Shown piece by piece: positions 1 to 13,274 of a DNA stretch of 64,000 nucleotides. The DNA lies in assembly GCA_002633005.1 (NCBI GenBank), contig NMRA01000674.1, forward strand, positions 124,001 to 188,000. The letters run 5' to 3'. The translations under genes were made by a program, and so were the position numbers. A model generated the notes under the pieces. The model was given only the letters and a program-made list of their open reading frames with translations, was not told the origin of the DNA and ran no database searches. The DNA is from Phoronis australis. Taxonomy: Eukaryota; Animalia; Phoronida. How positions within the stretch are numbered: the stretch's first letter is position 1; every line of letters starts with the position of its first letter.

Positions 1-1810
1 ACACATTAAAACCATGTGTTGATTGTTTATACGATTCATGTGAACTCTCCACTCAAGTTTGTAAAAGACTCTCTAACTAGATTACTCAGACCTATTTGTT
101 AGTATTCCAATATTATCATCAACCAATATAATATATTGTGTGTTATATCAAATCGCCGCGTTACTGCCTACATATACATGTGTACACTGGCGACGAGGAT
201 AAAGAACTACTTTCATAGTAATGATTCAACATTTTTACGTGCCTGTACCGAATGGACTTTGGGATAAAAAAAATATCACTTTCTGCGCAAATAGCGCTGC
301 TTGGGTGAGATTCTCAAGTTACTAAAGTTTCTTATATTGCTTTCCCCTAAAATCGTATAATATCATGAGTTTTAATTCAGGGTTACGTTTGAATCTATGC
401 ACTAGAAAATTTTTTGTTATGTTGAACACTGGGTCATTTCTCTAATTCTTTGGATTACGGCCAGTGGCAAGTTAAAAATCCTCTGGGTTTGACAGCCTAG
501 ATTCTCCACGGCGCGTTCCCAGCACAGAAGCACGGTTTATCTGCGAAGACTCTACTCTGACGGCATGTAGTTGTCCATGTGTCGCGCGCGCAGCTTGTCT
601 TCACAGCGCGTGCATGCACTCTCACCGAATCGTGCAACACCACCCGCGTCGACACTCAGCGTCCTCTCCCAAGACACCTGACCTTATATTACCGACTTCT
701 CTTATAGTCTTATATGCATGCACAATTTCTGCGCGGACTCCTCAAGCTGAGTGCAGTGATGGCTTCGGTAGGGCTTGGCGTACTCAACTTATTTTTTTTG
801 CAGATAGACAAACAGGCTCAGGCTCGGAACAGGAGCTAGTTCACCATTTCACTACCAACTTTCACATGGTCAAAATTAGAATTGCTTTATTCTTGGTCTT
901 GCTACAACACCAATATCAGCTGGTACATCACTCTCGATTGCCCCGTTACGCAATGCTTGTTGACAGGGTTAGATTAGAGCTAGTGTCCTTGTATATATGC
1001 TCCGCCCCAGTTGTCAATCACTGAGCTGGTGAGCACTCCAGCCATATGACTTACTGAGGTTTGGTCAAATATAGCTAAAAAAACAACTTTGGATTTTCAG
1101 AATGATTTTATTTTTCTTCAGTATACTGTGCATCAAGAATTAAAGATTAGGAAGACATAAAAATGTAAACAACAGTCAAAATTAAGTGTTTTTTTTGTGT
1201 ATCCACCTACCTTAAGACAATAAGTTTTGTCATATGCACGGTTTGTTCTAGATTGTGATAGCATGATAGGTGACCATGTGCATGTTTTGTATTCAAGTTG
1301 TATAGAAAAAAATTGTTTTGAATGTCGCGAATCCAGGATTAAAACTTCATTCAAAACAGTATGTGGAAAACTGACCCACTGCAGTGAATACTTGAAGTAA
1401 ACTTGCAGACTAGTCTTGCACTTGAATCCTGGAGAGTGATTGGTTAAATTTTGAGTTTGAAGACTATTTTCTAGGCTCTGTATATAAGTCAGGAAGTTTT
1501 ACAAATCAGTGTTGTATAAACAGCACGATAAATATCCAGCAAGTTAAGTTGTCTTATACTGATAGCTTTTACCCGTCTGTTATTAAAATTTGTTGTCTTT
1601 ATTGCAGAGTGTGCCTTTAACAATCGTTGGATAAGGAAGGCTACCCAGACAACGCAATGTACGCACTTACGAACTGCAGCTCATGAACCTATGAATTCAA
1701 TTATCTGAGCTCAGAAATGCGCGTTTGTAGTCACAAAACATGGATTACTTGCCTGTGAAGCTAAGCGAGCAGATCCAGCTAAAGAAGATTAAGTGGCTTG
1801 TGGTCTACCA

Positions 1811-2288
1811 TAGAGCTCTTTCACATTGACTTAACTTTTGTCTGAGCGGAGCATCGGCGTATACTGCGAAGTTAACTGGACCGTTCATTCTGGCTGCGGT
1901 AGTTAATAAGCTTCGAAGTAAACAGTAGGTGACGCTGTCGTGATCAAAGGTATCGCAAGGTAGCGTTGCACGCTAAGATGTGACAACTTGGGAACATTTA
2001 CATGTGTTAACTGACTTAAAACTTATTTCTAAATTGATTGGTAACTATTAGCCATCACACTCCTATGCAATTGATAATGATAACAGTGGCCCCTGGCAAT
2101 AACTTCGATAGGACTGAAGGTGATCGTTTATACTGCGTGGCAGCGTTGACGCTAAGCAATTAAATCCACTTGTTTAGTGCGAAGTTAACTGGCGCTCTTA
2201 AATTCCATCCAGGACCAAAGTTTGAGCGTTCATACTGACATTAACTCCCAAAAACTTCGACGCGTCAATGTTAGTATGAAAGGCTCTA
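1811..2288. mobile_element. Small TIR element (MITE), possibly PIF/Harbinger-like
   Basis: Left TAGAGCTCTTTCACATTGAC matches the reverse complement of the right end (TAGAGCCTTTCATACTAAC). Internal repeat TGCGAAGTTAACTGG at ~1865 and ~2178. Confidence 0.5.
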
Positions 2289-2684
2289 TATGTGTATAAA
2301 GTTCAGTAGCTTTAAATTAAAGGAACAAGAATATGTTTGTGGTCAAAGGTCTAACTTTTCTAATTTCCATCTCGTATAACCAGGTTGTACTTAGGGTTAC
2401 TTTTAGTGAAACTTGTTCGCACCATGGAGTGTATTGGATTTACTGTTATTATCAGTGTTCTCCACATCTGAAAATCTAAACAGGTCGCACGCGTAAAAAC
2501 TGCAACGTGCCGGAACCGCGCGGCTGTCAATGTTCTCCATAAGCTAGTGTGCAGTTTTTTGTGCACCTTATTTTTACTCACTCATTTTAATAGTAATGCA
2601 CAGTAGTGCAAACAAATAACTGTGTGTATTCAACTTTTAATTTTTAAAAGTTGGACTTATTTACAAACATATCACATATGTCAT

Positions 2685-3602
2685 TAGGCAATGACCATCG
2701 CCTCTGTTGGCCCGATTCAGAGGCGATGCAGAGGCTATAGGCGCTCTGTACGCCGGAAGCTTTTCGGCAAATAATGCCTCGCACGGACTAAACCATCAAA
2801 GTCACGTTGTTTTAAATACCTTTTGCGCATAGAGGAACACCTTAGGAGGTTGTCGATGTGTTTAATTCCTTCCAACTCGAACAAATACTCCCGTTATGAA
2901 ACTTTTTATTCGAGCAGTCCCTATTTCAGTTTCCAAAATCGTGATATCAACTTTTTCATTTTTTTAACCAGGCCGAAGGTCAGAAGTTGCGGACCTACCG
3001 GCGAACTTTGAAAGCTGAACTTCCCGCCCTTCGCGGACGTGCTGCCGGGAACCAGCCGCACGGTGCATTTGCCGTGTTGTTAAACATTAAAATGTCAAAT
3101 ATGTGCACAAAGACTATTAAATGTCATATCAACAGCATTTATTTTTATCAAATACAAACAATAATGCATTGAAATACAAACAGTTTCAAGTAACGCCAAT
3201 TAAAGACAAGTATAAGTGGTGGCATTTTGGAAACGAACATTTGACTGACGAGACCGCAATGGCTCACCTTTGGCCTATTTAAAGATTGAGGTCATGAATT
3301 CACATCACCTAGCGAGTGTGCGCAGTATAAAAATGGTGAGTTCACGATTTTGGGAACTGAAATAGGGACTGCTCGAAGAAAAAGTTTGATAATGGGAGTA
3401 TTTGCTCGGGTTGGAAGGAATTAAACATCGACAACCTCCTAAGGTGTTCCTCTATGCGCAAAAGGTATTTATAACAACGTGACTTTGATGGTTTAGTCGG
3501 TGCGAGGCATAAAAAGTCGCCGAAAAGCTTCTGGCGTACAGAGCGCCTGTAGCCTCTACATCGCCTCTGGTTCGGGCCAACAGAGGCGATGGTCATTGCC
3601 TA
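2685..3602. mobile_element. MITE with ~260-bp TIRs and 9-bp TSD (Mutator/MULE-like)
   Basis: 2685-2944 is the near reverse complement of 3342-3602 (TAGGCAATGACCATCGCCTCTG...CAGAGGCGATGGTCATTGCCTA). Perfect direct repeat ATATGTCAT at 2676-2684 and 3603-3611. Confidence 0.9.
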
Positions 3603-4230
3603 ATATGTCATAACCCATTTGCTTAGTCAATGACTTTGAAATGGAAGTCTATAGAGTGTTTGATACAGTATGAGGAAATGTTTTAGGCTACTCAATAATG
3701 ATGTCAATGTCAACTAAGTACAAAAAGTCTAACACAGAAGTAAACTTTCCCTATGACGTAGACAGTCCAAGTGAAGTGTCTTTATTAAGTCAGTCACATT
3801 TTTATGTCTTGATAGCAGAGTTTACGTTTTCTCTCAGTCTGTACGTGTAATATCTTGCATATTCTTACAGTCTGAATTCGATGTTTTGAAGCTGGTACAA
3901 CATATTGCACTTCTGCACTACCAGAACTCTTGTAAAAACTGCACAATACGCGAGTCCCCCTTGAATGCAAACTAGGTAGGGTAAACAAAACAATTCACTT
4001 GCGTTTTCCATCTTGGCCTACTTGGACGGGAGTGTCAGGCCTGTTGATGACAACCAATATTTCTAAAAAGATATCAACTGAATTATCAAACGCTTGGAAC
4101 TATAGAATTCCCATAATTTTCTGGATTGTCACAAACTCATTCTTCCAGATGAAAATCATCTATTCTCATGTTAGAGCGAATTGTGTTCATTTGTATTGCC
4201 GATGTCTGACGAATTGTCGTAAAAAATTCG

Positions 4231-5015
4231 GGTAATTGTTTACAATATGACGACAATGACTTAGAGATATGATTTTGGCATCGTTCGATTCCTCGCGCCG
4301 TCATCTTTCCGAAAATATATGAATTGATCTCCTACCGCGTTTCCTTCATATTTTATCGTCGAAGTTCATTTGGCACTATTTCCCGGTAGACACCGCCATG
4401 TTAGCTCAACTCAAGATTACAGCGACACCTACTGTTAATAAATAAAACGTCATCATTGATTCTGAATGAATGGTGTTTGCCTGTGCGAGATTCCCTCTAA
4501 AGTTTTCCTGACATAATATTGATGAGCAAGTAGAAGCATTTTCCCTTTTCCATTTTTTAGAATTGTGACCATTTGGCCATTTTTCCACGGAATTGTCTGA
4601 AGTGATACTCTTTTCACAAATTCACCGGACCTCAAAAACAATCTCCGCTGTTTTGGCGGATTCCTGCTAGCAGATGCGTAAATCAGGGTCACCATAGGAT
4701 CGAATTCGAATCCTTGGTTCCGTAACTCGTGCAGGGGATTGACGGGTCTCGGTCAATTTGAACTTATGAAAAGCGACGATCTGCAAGTCGGTAGATTAGT
4801 TCAGTTTTTGACCGCCAGGTAACTCCTTCCATTCAACATTGCGGTATTACTACCGCGTACCAGGAAATAGTGCTAGAAGTAATTTCACGATAAAATACTA
4901 AGGGAACGGGGTAGGAGAAATTTCTGTGAATATTTGGAAAGATAACGTTGCGAGGAATTGAACGATACCAAAATCATATGTCTAAGTCATTGTTGTCATT
5001 TCGTAAACAATTACC
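4231..5015. mobile_element. MITE with ~160-bp imperfect TIRs and 8-bp TSD
   Basis: Termini GGTAATTGTTTAC...GTAAACAATTACC; arms ~4231-4390 and ~4857-5015. AAAATTCG duplicated at 4223-4230 and 5016-5023. Confidence 0.8.
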
Positions 5016-5789
5016 AAAATTCGGTTCATCGTTTGTGACACGGATATCTTCATGATTTATGATTGTCAACAAAACGAAACTTTGACTTTTAAATTGATAT
5101 GTTTAAGGTTGCAAACAATTATAGGTGATTCTAGGCACTATTTCTAGCATAAGGATTGTACTTCCCAAAATCAGACCTGTGGCCATTGTCGATAAACTTT
5201 TAGTTACCTGTTACGTTTTATGTTATGCTTTTGTCTCTGCGGATATTCTTGGATTTTGCATATTAAGTGATTTGTTATTCTTGGTGTCATTGCTGTAATT
5301 TTAGTTGAAAAAGTCTGTTGAAACGTAGACTTTTGTTGTAGTCCTTCCTGGCTATGTAATCACATTTTCTTTGGTTGTGTTTCATGATTTGGTAGTGATT
5401 TCTCTGTTTGTACATTCCATTTTGCTCCCTCAGTTATCGCATAATTGTCATAGATTGAGAACGATGCAAATAATGAATATATATTAGGCTCATTTAGTTT
5501 TCACTGCATTGTATGCATGACACTTGATGAACTGATTTTTGAAATGTTTCTGGTTTTTAAAATTTTGATATTTCACTTATGTTCACTTATTTTAAGGAAC
5601 TAGTGTATTTTAGGAAGTGCATTTTATTTTCTGCAATTAATCACTGTTAATGAAATGTTAATAGAACTCTAGTTTGTTAAATCTTGATGAGAATCATTAA
5701 ATTTGTTACTGTACTCCACTCTTGTTTTAGTGAGTCGAAATTTTTGCATGTCTGTCCTATTGAAACTTATTGCTTTTAGAAAAGTTAGT

Positions 5790-6290
5790 TCCTTGAAAAC
5801 TTATGTTTGGAAAACTTAGCTCTCAAAAACTTAAGTTTTGATGACTTATGTTTGTTACTAAAAACTTGTTCCAAAACTTAAGTTTTTCAAAAACTTAAGT
5901 TTTCTGAAAACTTAAGTTTTAAAAACTTAAGTTCGTTCCAAAAAACTTGTTCCAAAATACTTATTAAGTTTTTGGAAAACTTAAGTTTCAGAAACTTAAG
6001 TTTTTGAAAAACTTAAGTTCTGAAAACTTAAGTTTTTCAAAAACTTAAGTTTTCTGAAAACTTAAGTTTTAAAAACTTAAGTTCGTTCCAAAAATTTGTT
6101 CCAAAATACTTAAGTTTTTGGAAAACTTAAGTTTTCAGAAGTTAAGTTTTTGAAAACTTAAGTTATTAAAACTTAAGTTCGTTCAAAAAAACTTGTTCCA
6201 AAATACTTAAGTTTTCGACAAAAACTTAAGTTTTCGGGAATGAAAACTTAAGATTTTCAGACCAAAAACTTAAGTTCATTTTTGTAGGGG
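5790..6290. repeat. Array of palindromic AAAACTTAAGTTTT units with higher-order repeats; probable subterminal array of an EnSpm/CMC-like element
   Basis: Many AAACTTAAGTTT copies; the block AAAACTTAAGTTCGTTC(C)A recurs about every 105-150 bp. The array ends abruptly in ...TTCATTTTTGTAGGG (revcomp CCCTACAAAAATG, a CCC/CAC-type terminus). Array is certain, superfamily is inferred. Confidence 0.75.
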
Positions 6291-6375
6291 CCACCGACTA
6301 ACAACCGAAATCAACTCATGTAACCGAGTCAGTAAAACTAGGTTAATATATTTGGCCCTGTGCTAAGACGAATAT

Positions 6376-6612
6376 GCATCGACACACAAAGTTGTATGAG
6401 CCTGACAACCTGTTACGCAACTGCTAATCTAGCCTAAAAATAGCAGCCGACCAGCTGGTCGGCTGATGGCCGGTCGGCTGAAGGGTCGGCTGGGGAGTCG
6501 CCTTATGAGTCGGCACTGCGGGCGGCTGCCGGTCGGCTAATTTGCCGAACGGTCGACGTCCGGTCGTCGACCAATTTCCGACCGGTCGGACAAAAATTCG
6601 TGATGTGTGATG
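6376..6612 (+). repeat. Half copy of the 8128-8583 foldback element plus its upstream flank
   Basis: Near-identical to 8088-8332 (GCATCGACAC...AAAATTCGTGATGTGTG). Confidence 0.85.
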
Positions 6613-6899
6613 TACCAAAGAGCTGATGAACTGTCTGCCACAAGTGGGCTGAGGAGTAACTTCAGGGACTGAACAACTGAATGGAGCAGAAGTTACATGT
6701 AATTCATCAAATCGTTCTGATATTTCAAAACCTTAACTTGAGCTGCCAGCTCAACTATCACTTACAAAAAATAACTTACCATTAGAACAGTGCATGTATA
6801 CATGTATGATGGTTAGCCTATTTTTCCTTCATGTTATAACAAAGTTGTGACCAACATATCGTCTTCACAGCTAACATATACAGTACCTGCTTCTCAGGT

Positions 6900-7266
6900 T
6901 ATGCCAAAGTTTGTGACAACCGTGTCAGGTAGTTTTATTGTTGTTGCTGTTCTATGTTGTTCTATTTTGGTATAAGCTGAGCAATCTATCTGGGGGGCTA
7001 TTTATGAGAGGGCTCTGTATTGCGTGTAGGCACAGAGTACAAGCAACCTTATTATTAATTTGTGTGATCTGTTTGCTCCGTGCTGGTCTCCCGACAATTC
7101 CCAGACGCATACTATTCACCTGTTTCACGAACGCGCGGCGTTGCTGTCGTGTTGATCGAAAACGCCGCGCCTTGACAAACATGGCATCGTCCTGCAAGGT
7201 GGTGTGGTGAAAAGACTTATCAACGTTAGCAAAAATCAAGTTGTCTGATGTTGAATCGATCTCCAA
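6900..7266 (-). pseudogene. Degenerate Gypsy-like pol fragment (RT N-terminus)
   Basis: HHTTLQDDAMFVKARRFRS..Q...FVKQVNSM..GIVGRPARS resembles the Gypsy 'H.I.L..DA.PV..RPYR...KQV..M...GII.PS.S' motif, followed by YRAL..PD in a shifted frame. Confidence 0.4.
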
Positions 7267-8127
7267 ATACGCACGTCAACTAGACTTTTACCCTCCTCAG
7301 CCATTCCTCCGTAGTTTTCATTTTTTTGGAAAAGTGTGGAAGTCAGGGAGTTACCCAGGCTTTTAGTCTTGAAAAATCCTGCTCGCCAGCTGGGCGAGTG
7401 CCAGAGCCAGAAAATCTACTCGCCCGAAGTTCAATCACCAGGCCGTTGGCGCCAGTCACCACAACAAATTTGCTAATACTTTAAATAAAAATCACCGTCT
7501 CGTGCACTGATGTCACCATTAGGGCTACCGTATTTGCCCTAACAATTAGCGCCCGGGGTGACGCTTTTTGTAGCCTACGGCAGTTAAAATCCGGTCTCCG
7601 CTGTGACGTATGTGTAACCTATGACAGACTTTCTACAAAACTGTGGTGCGTTGCTATCAAACTCTGTTGTTAATCTTTAAAAAAATGTGCTGAAATCCCA
7701 GGGCGAAAACTTGCCGACTGATGCGTCGCTGCTTCGTCGATAGGACAACTTGAATTCTTGAGTAAAAATAGTTTCGACTCAAATTACCTCCTCCTTAAGT
7801 TTTCGAAATAGCCTTTCCTAAGATTCTTAAGTTTCTGTGGACTCGGAGTCGGGATTAACCGCAGATTAAGTCAAAATCTGCGCTAGATCGCACCCGGCAA
7901 CGAGAAAAATCTGGACGAACACATACGTTGTTGTCACGGGACGTTTGTATTGAAGTGAGTCAACAGGTGTGCACCGAGTGAGCGAGCGCGTGCGTGTCAT
8001 CAGAGTTCATTTGCCAGAGTAGCAGGCCCAATGAGCTTTATATGTAGTTATATTTATCTCATTGAGCAGGTAAACATGTACATGTATGCATCGACACGCA
8101 AAGTGGCATCAGCCTGACAACCTATTA

Positions 8128-8583
8128 CGCAACTGCTACTCGAGCCTAAAAATAGCAGCCGACCAGCTGGTCGGCTGATGGCCGGTCGGCTGAAGGGTCG
8201 GCTGAAGGGTCGGCTGGGGAGTCGCCTTATGTGTCGGCACTGTGCGCGGCTGTCGGTCGGCTAATTTGCCGACCGGTCGACGGCTAGTCGTCGACCAATT
8301 TCCGACTGGGCGGACAAAAATTCGTGATGTGTGCTGCAAGCTGATACATCAGTCACATATCACGAATTTTCGTCCGAGAGGCTGGATTATAGTCGACGCC
8401 CGGTCGTCCACCGGTCAGCTATTTTGTTGACGGGTCAGCTAATTTTTAGTCGACCGTCAGCCGGCCCCAAAGCCGACGCACAAGACGTCTGCCCAGCCGA
8501 CTCTACTGCCGACCTTCATTGTCGACCCGGCATTAGCCGACCCGGTGGTCGGGTGCAATTTTTGGGCTAGAGTAGCAGTTGCG
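8128..8583. mobile_element. GC-rich foldback MITE flanked by TA
   Basis: Termini CGCAACTGCTACTCGAGCCTAAAAAT...ATTTTTGGGCTAGAGTAGCAGTTGCG. Internal GTCGGC/GCCGAC motifs mirror around ~8345. TA on both sides. Confidence 0.8.
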
Positions 8584-10609
8584 TAATTGGGAGATTGGCG
8601 GATACCACGTAGCGTACCGATGCATAATCGTTTCGGCACAGGGTAAAACTAACGTATTTTTGAAGTGCCACCGTTGCATGAGTATAACATGTGTAACACC
8701 ACTAATTCGAATATTGCAGAAGGCGAGTGGTGACATTGAGCACTGGATTATGGAATATTCTACAAGTTTTGAAGAACACGATCTGACAGTTTTCCTCACA
8801 TTTCATATTTTGACTCTTGACGGTAAAGAGTTCGGTTCGATGTCGCAGTCATTTTGATAACGTAGCCATTTTTTACAAAGTTTTCGTCCAAACTTCGTTT
8901 TCTTTGAGTTACGCGTAACTGCTACTTGTTCTTCGCGTATTTTAAGTTCTCCTATTATGTGTCCATAATGATGGGATTTGGAAGAAGAAAATTCACACGT
9001 AGGCATATTTACTGTTGATGTTTAACAGCGCAGGAAATGGTCAATTTATACTATCAAGTGACGCTTAATCTGTTGATTGACACCATGCAAAGGACGGCAA
9101 CAAATATGCATGTAAATCAGTCTGGTTTGATCTGTAACACCCAACCAGTTTTTGTGTTTTGCAGTCACCACGCAATAATTTACAGTTCCGTCGCGTTCCA
9201 AAAACGCGGAATACTTCTATTGTGACAAAATGAAAATGACCTTTCAGTTTCCGAAAATGCACCTGTTTCTAAAAAAAAAACAAACAGCATAAGAACGTTT
9301 TATCGAAAATGCATGGCGGCGCAGTGCACCCGTGATGTAAGCATTTTGGCATGTTCAGAAAAGTGCAGTAACTATGCATAGAAAAACAATATATTTGATT
9401 CGTCGGACACGAAGACAGTGAATACGGCGTTTTTAAAAATCCACTCAGGAGGACAATTCAAATTAACGATTTTCGCAATACGTTTAGTGCCTACGTTGTA
9501 CAGGTGCCTGTGGTCAGAAAGCCTAACTGAGTAAAGAATTTAAAGTATGCGTTTTGAAAAATTTCTAGAGTTCTGTGGACATAGGTCTGTTATAAGTCAA
9601 AAGTGATGAGCTACAAAGAATGCCTTTTAATTTAGAGTAAGTAAACTTAAGCTTTGCCTCTTACAGCATACGCTCTCAAAACACACGCCTGTTGTAATAT
9701 CGGCAGAATTAATGTAACAATCAGTGCAACGTACTACAGAGTGTTTGTGGATAGCAGAGTAATACACATGTATCTATACGATAAGAATTCTTCACCCTGC
9801 ATTAAGAGCAACAATTTCGAGCCATACAACTGTAGTATTTCAAGCGGTCATTTTCATTAGGACTTTCGGAAAGAAATCAAACCAAAACGCTGCGGCACCC
9901 AATAACATTATCCTGTATTTTTTCCGTATTCTGCAGTCAGAAAGAATCACCGAAGACATGTGATTACAATTTTATGAACAATTATGAACTGCCCATGAGG
10001 CCGACGGTCCCCGGCCGTATTCCGGGCAATAGCTGAGCCCTACGCAATTTTCTTTTAGGTCAACATCATCGGCGTGTGACCGGCGTATCCCTTCGTAACG
10101 CGGGGACACGAAGAAAGTATTTGGCTAATACAGGCCCGTAGCCAGCATTGCGCAAGGGGTGGTTTGAGTCTCTGAAACGGTGGATCTTTGATATTTTGCA
10201 AAGATCGACCTAGTATAGTGTCAGTAAGGCCCCTGATGCATCTTAATTAGAGGGAAGGGAAAACTGTATATACATTGATGACTCTTAGTTCTATGTTCCT
10301 GAGATGAGATGGAAATGAGGATACCGCCACAGTTGCTCGTAAAGAATGGAAAGCAATTTCGGATGTGTAATATGTGGTCCAGAAGGAGAACGTTCTTGCG
10401 TTACCTTTCGCCAGACTTTCAAATCATACTCGGACTGAATTCTTTAGTCTGAGAATGAATTGAAATTTTTATCTTGGTGTATTTTTGCGTGTTACATCGC
10501 TGGAAAAGGGAACAGCCCACTATTCTGAAGGTTCACTAAAGCGAAAATGTCTAAAACTTCGAACACAGGTTTAATTATTATTCTTTTTCATGCAAAAGCA
10601 AACGACACT

Positions 10610-10760
10610 TCGGTTATCAGACGCGCTGAGTGGTGTACCTGTACCGAAAACAACCTAAGGGTACTATTGATTTCATGCGCATACGAAATCACCAACATGT
10701 TTTACGAATACGAAAAAACTAAGTAAATGTAGCTCTTGCATTATTAAAAGGATGCCAAAC
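10610..10760 (+). repeat. Dispersed repeat, diverged copy at ~30408-30558
   Basis: Colinear motifs TTCGGTTAT, GATTTCATG(C/T)GCAT, CGAATACG, TTAAAGGA shared with 30408-30558. Confidence 0.55.
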
Positions 10761-11666
10761 CCGGATTTGGCCTATTGACAGATTCTGAAAATGACTTTCC
10801 CATAAGTTATCTGAAACAAAATAACACTATGTAACCACTGACAACTCTCAAAAGTTTGCTGAAAATTTGAAAACTCCTTTCCAAGTTTGCTAATTAAACG
10901 GAAGAGCGAAGAAAGCCTTTTGCGACTTACACGACAACTGTGGGAAAAGTCCACCCACCAAGAACAAACAATCCTCGTTCTCTCACTTACGGATGCATCA
11001 TTGGCGTCAGGTAAAGCAGGAATCAACTAAGAATTCCTACCCAGTACCTCACGAATTGGACATTATGGTCCTTGATGGGTGGTGTATTCCCACAGGTGCG
11101 GCGTAATTGGCTAAAAGCGTAGGTTACGCTTGCCTCTTTACCAGAACTTGCAAGCATTTTCTAATTTTCCTCGATTTTCAAAGGGTTGTCGAGGAGTTAA
11201 AGAGCATTATTTGTTTCAGAGAATTGGATGGGAAAGTCGTTTTTAGTATCGTTTAATAGGACAAAACCGGGTTTGGTAAACTTTCAACTTGAGCGATTGA
11301 CGGAGGTGATACATTAGCAGGTGACTGAACGAGTAGTCACAGGATTATCCTTTTAAAAGATTATTTTACGCCTCTAAGAATAATTGACTCACGCCTGCAA
11401 TTTAGGGTCGTAACGTTCACCCATCTGGCCAACTACATGTATAATATATTGGTGTACATGTAGCAACCACGCACGCTCAATGCCAATGTATGACGTAAAG
11501 CCTCCTTTAATCGTCTGCACGACCCTGCCATATGCGCAAACACCACTCGGCGAAGTTGGGCCCTGGGGCCGGGTAGGGCCCTATGATTATGCGAAGCGAT
11601 TTGAATCAGAAGCAAATTCTTCTAACTTAGTTATAATTGTAGTTAACACCACCAGTAGCTGCAACT

Positions 11667-11713
<47 letters not shown>

Positions 11714-11714
11714 G
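11667..11714 (+). repeat. (TTG)16 microsatellite
   Basis: Read directly; it explains the poly-V/L/T ORFs. Confidence 0.97.
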
Positions 11715-12014
11715 CTGTCCATCTATATCCTATCTCTAACGGATAGGCTGGCGCTGGACCTTTTCCCTTCGATCGAATCCCCCGACCCCTCCCCCTGGTT
11801 ACAGGCTTGTAATATTTTTTTAGAATGGCTAAATGTTTCAAATGCTTCAGCCATTTTGGCTAATGCCTTTCAATCTTTAGCTCGAGCCTAGTGTTGTATA
11901 TTATCTTCTTTGAAATTCGCTTAACCAAAACATAATGTATTGTAATAATGTTATAAAATGAAACAAATGCGTTCTTTTTGGAGGAGAGCGGTGTTTTCTG
12001 AGTTGTGTCTTTCC

Positions 12015-12728
12015 GGGATTGTTCTAAAACCCTTTCGGCCGGTACGGCCAGGATACCCCTAGATCCCCTCGACCCACGACCCCCTCAACCCATGACCTGT
12101 GGCAACAGACGTATTTTTGTGTTTTTAATTTTTCCTAATCTTATTACGTCGCTGAGTGACTTTCCCATGACACATGCCTACGCTCAAGTCTGGTGTTTAA
12201 AAAGAGAAAGTGGCCTGAGAACGTGATCTGAAATAGTTCATTGGTAGAGCTCTATCGTTGTCCCGGAATTATTTCCACAAGCGGCTACCGATGGCCCTGT
12301 TCTACTAAAATTAGGCAGAGAGTACGTGAACGTGAATGTGCATAATTTAAGATTTTTATTATTTACTTTCTATTGTATACTCGTTTACAATATACTCCAT
12401 GAAACGTTGAAATACTTTTTAGTTAACAGTCGGCAAGTCTTCGAATCGATTCGGTCGCATTGCTTTTTCAGTTTTTGACTTTCTAAATTGCCGAATCGAC
12501 TCTCTTAGTTGCAAGAAACAGGGAAAAGACAGCCGAGCTCAAGGCTCAACTCATTGGACGTGCATTCCAGTGTTTGTGCTATGCTCAGATCGAGTCGAGC
12601 TTGTGTAGACTGGGTGCAGGGAGCATTGGGTCGTGGGGTTGAGGTGCTGTGGGTCAAGGGTATCGTTGGTCGAGGGGTATCAAAGGGTGTGGGGTTGAGA
12701 GGGTCGAAGGTGTTTTATAACTGTCCCA
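12015..12728. mobile_element. Old TIR element (MITE) with CCCC/GGGG-rich subterminal repeats
   Basis: Left GGGATTGTTCTAAAACCCTTTCG matches the revcomp of the right end GGGACAGTTATAAAACACCTTCG. GACCC motifs at 12060-12100 mirror GGGTC motifs at 12625-12710. Confidence 0.6.
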
Positions 12729-13274
12729 ATAAAACTGTGAAAGGGTTGACCCCTGTTCATTTTGCTGACTCAATGCATGGACCACGACTGGGGAATATTT
12801 TATGAACTCATTGGCCTCCTAAAGGACAGCGAGTACAGGTACTATTCAGTGGACTTAGGTGTCAAAATGCTTCATGAACAGTTGTCTGCATGTTAAGTAT
12901 CAGATTACATAGTAATTTGATGATCTAGGAACAATTATAAGCAAACAATAGTCGCCTATTACTGCTTCAGAATAAAATTACACAAGATGTACCGAGAGTG
13001 GTGTACACAGGAAGTAATACTATTCAGCGTATCGACCGAGGCCGAAGGTTGAGGACAATACGCAGAATAATGTTGAGTGGGATATTACTTCATCTACGCC
13101 AATCGACGTTGGTTTTGTATTTACCCCTAACGCTCCGAATTAATAACATTTTTGTCATTTTCGGCGTTTTTTAAAATACTTCACACAGACTGTTTTATAT
13201 GGCGGATCACATCCTATATGTATGTACTTGCCTGTTAGGTTACATAGTTTTGCTTGAAAAAGGAACGGTTTTAA

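Noticed and set aside
614-1024. 136-aa ORF in a CpG-richer stretch
   Set aside because: No recognisable domain. The region may be regulatory or UTR, but this cannot be supported.
10131-11809. CAGGCCCGTAGCCAG and CTGGTTACAGGCTTG as paired TIRs of one element
   Set aside because: No matching TSD; more likely ends of separate MITE fragments.
11480-11891. ORFs with poly-V/poly-L/poly-T resembling TM or mucin segments
   Set aside because: Artefacts of the (TTG)n microsatellite.
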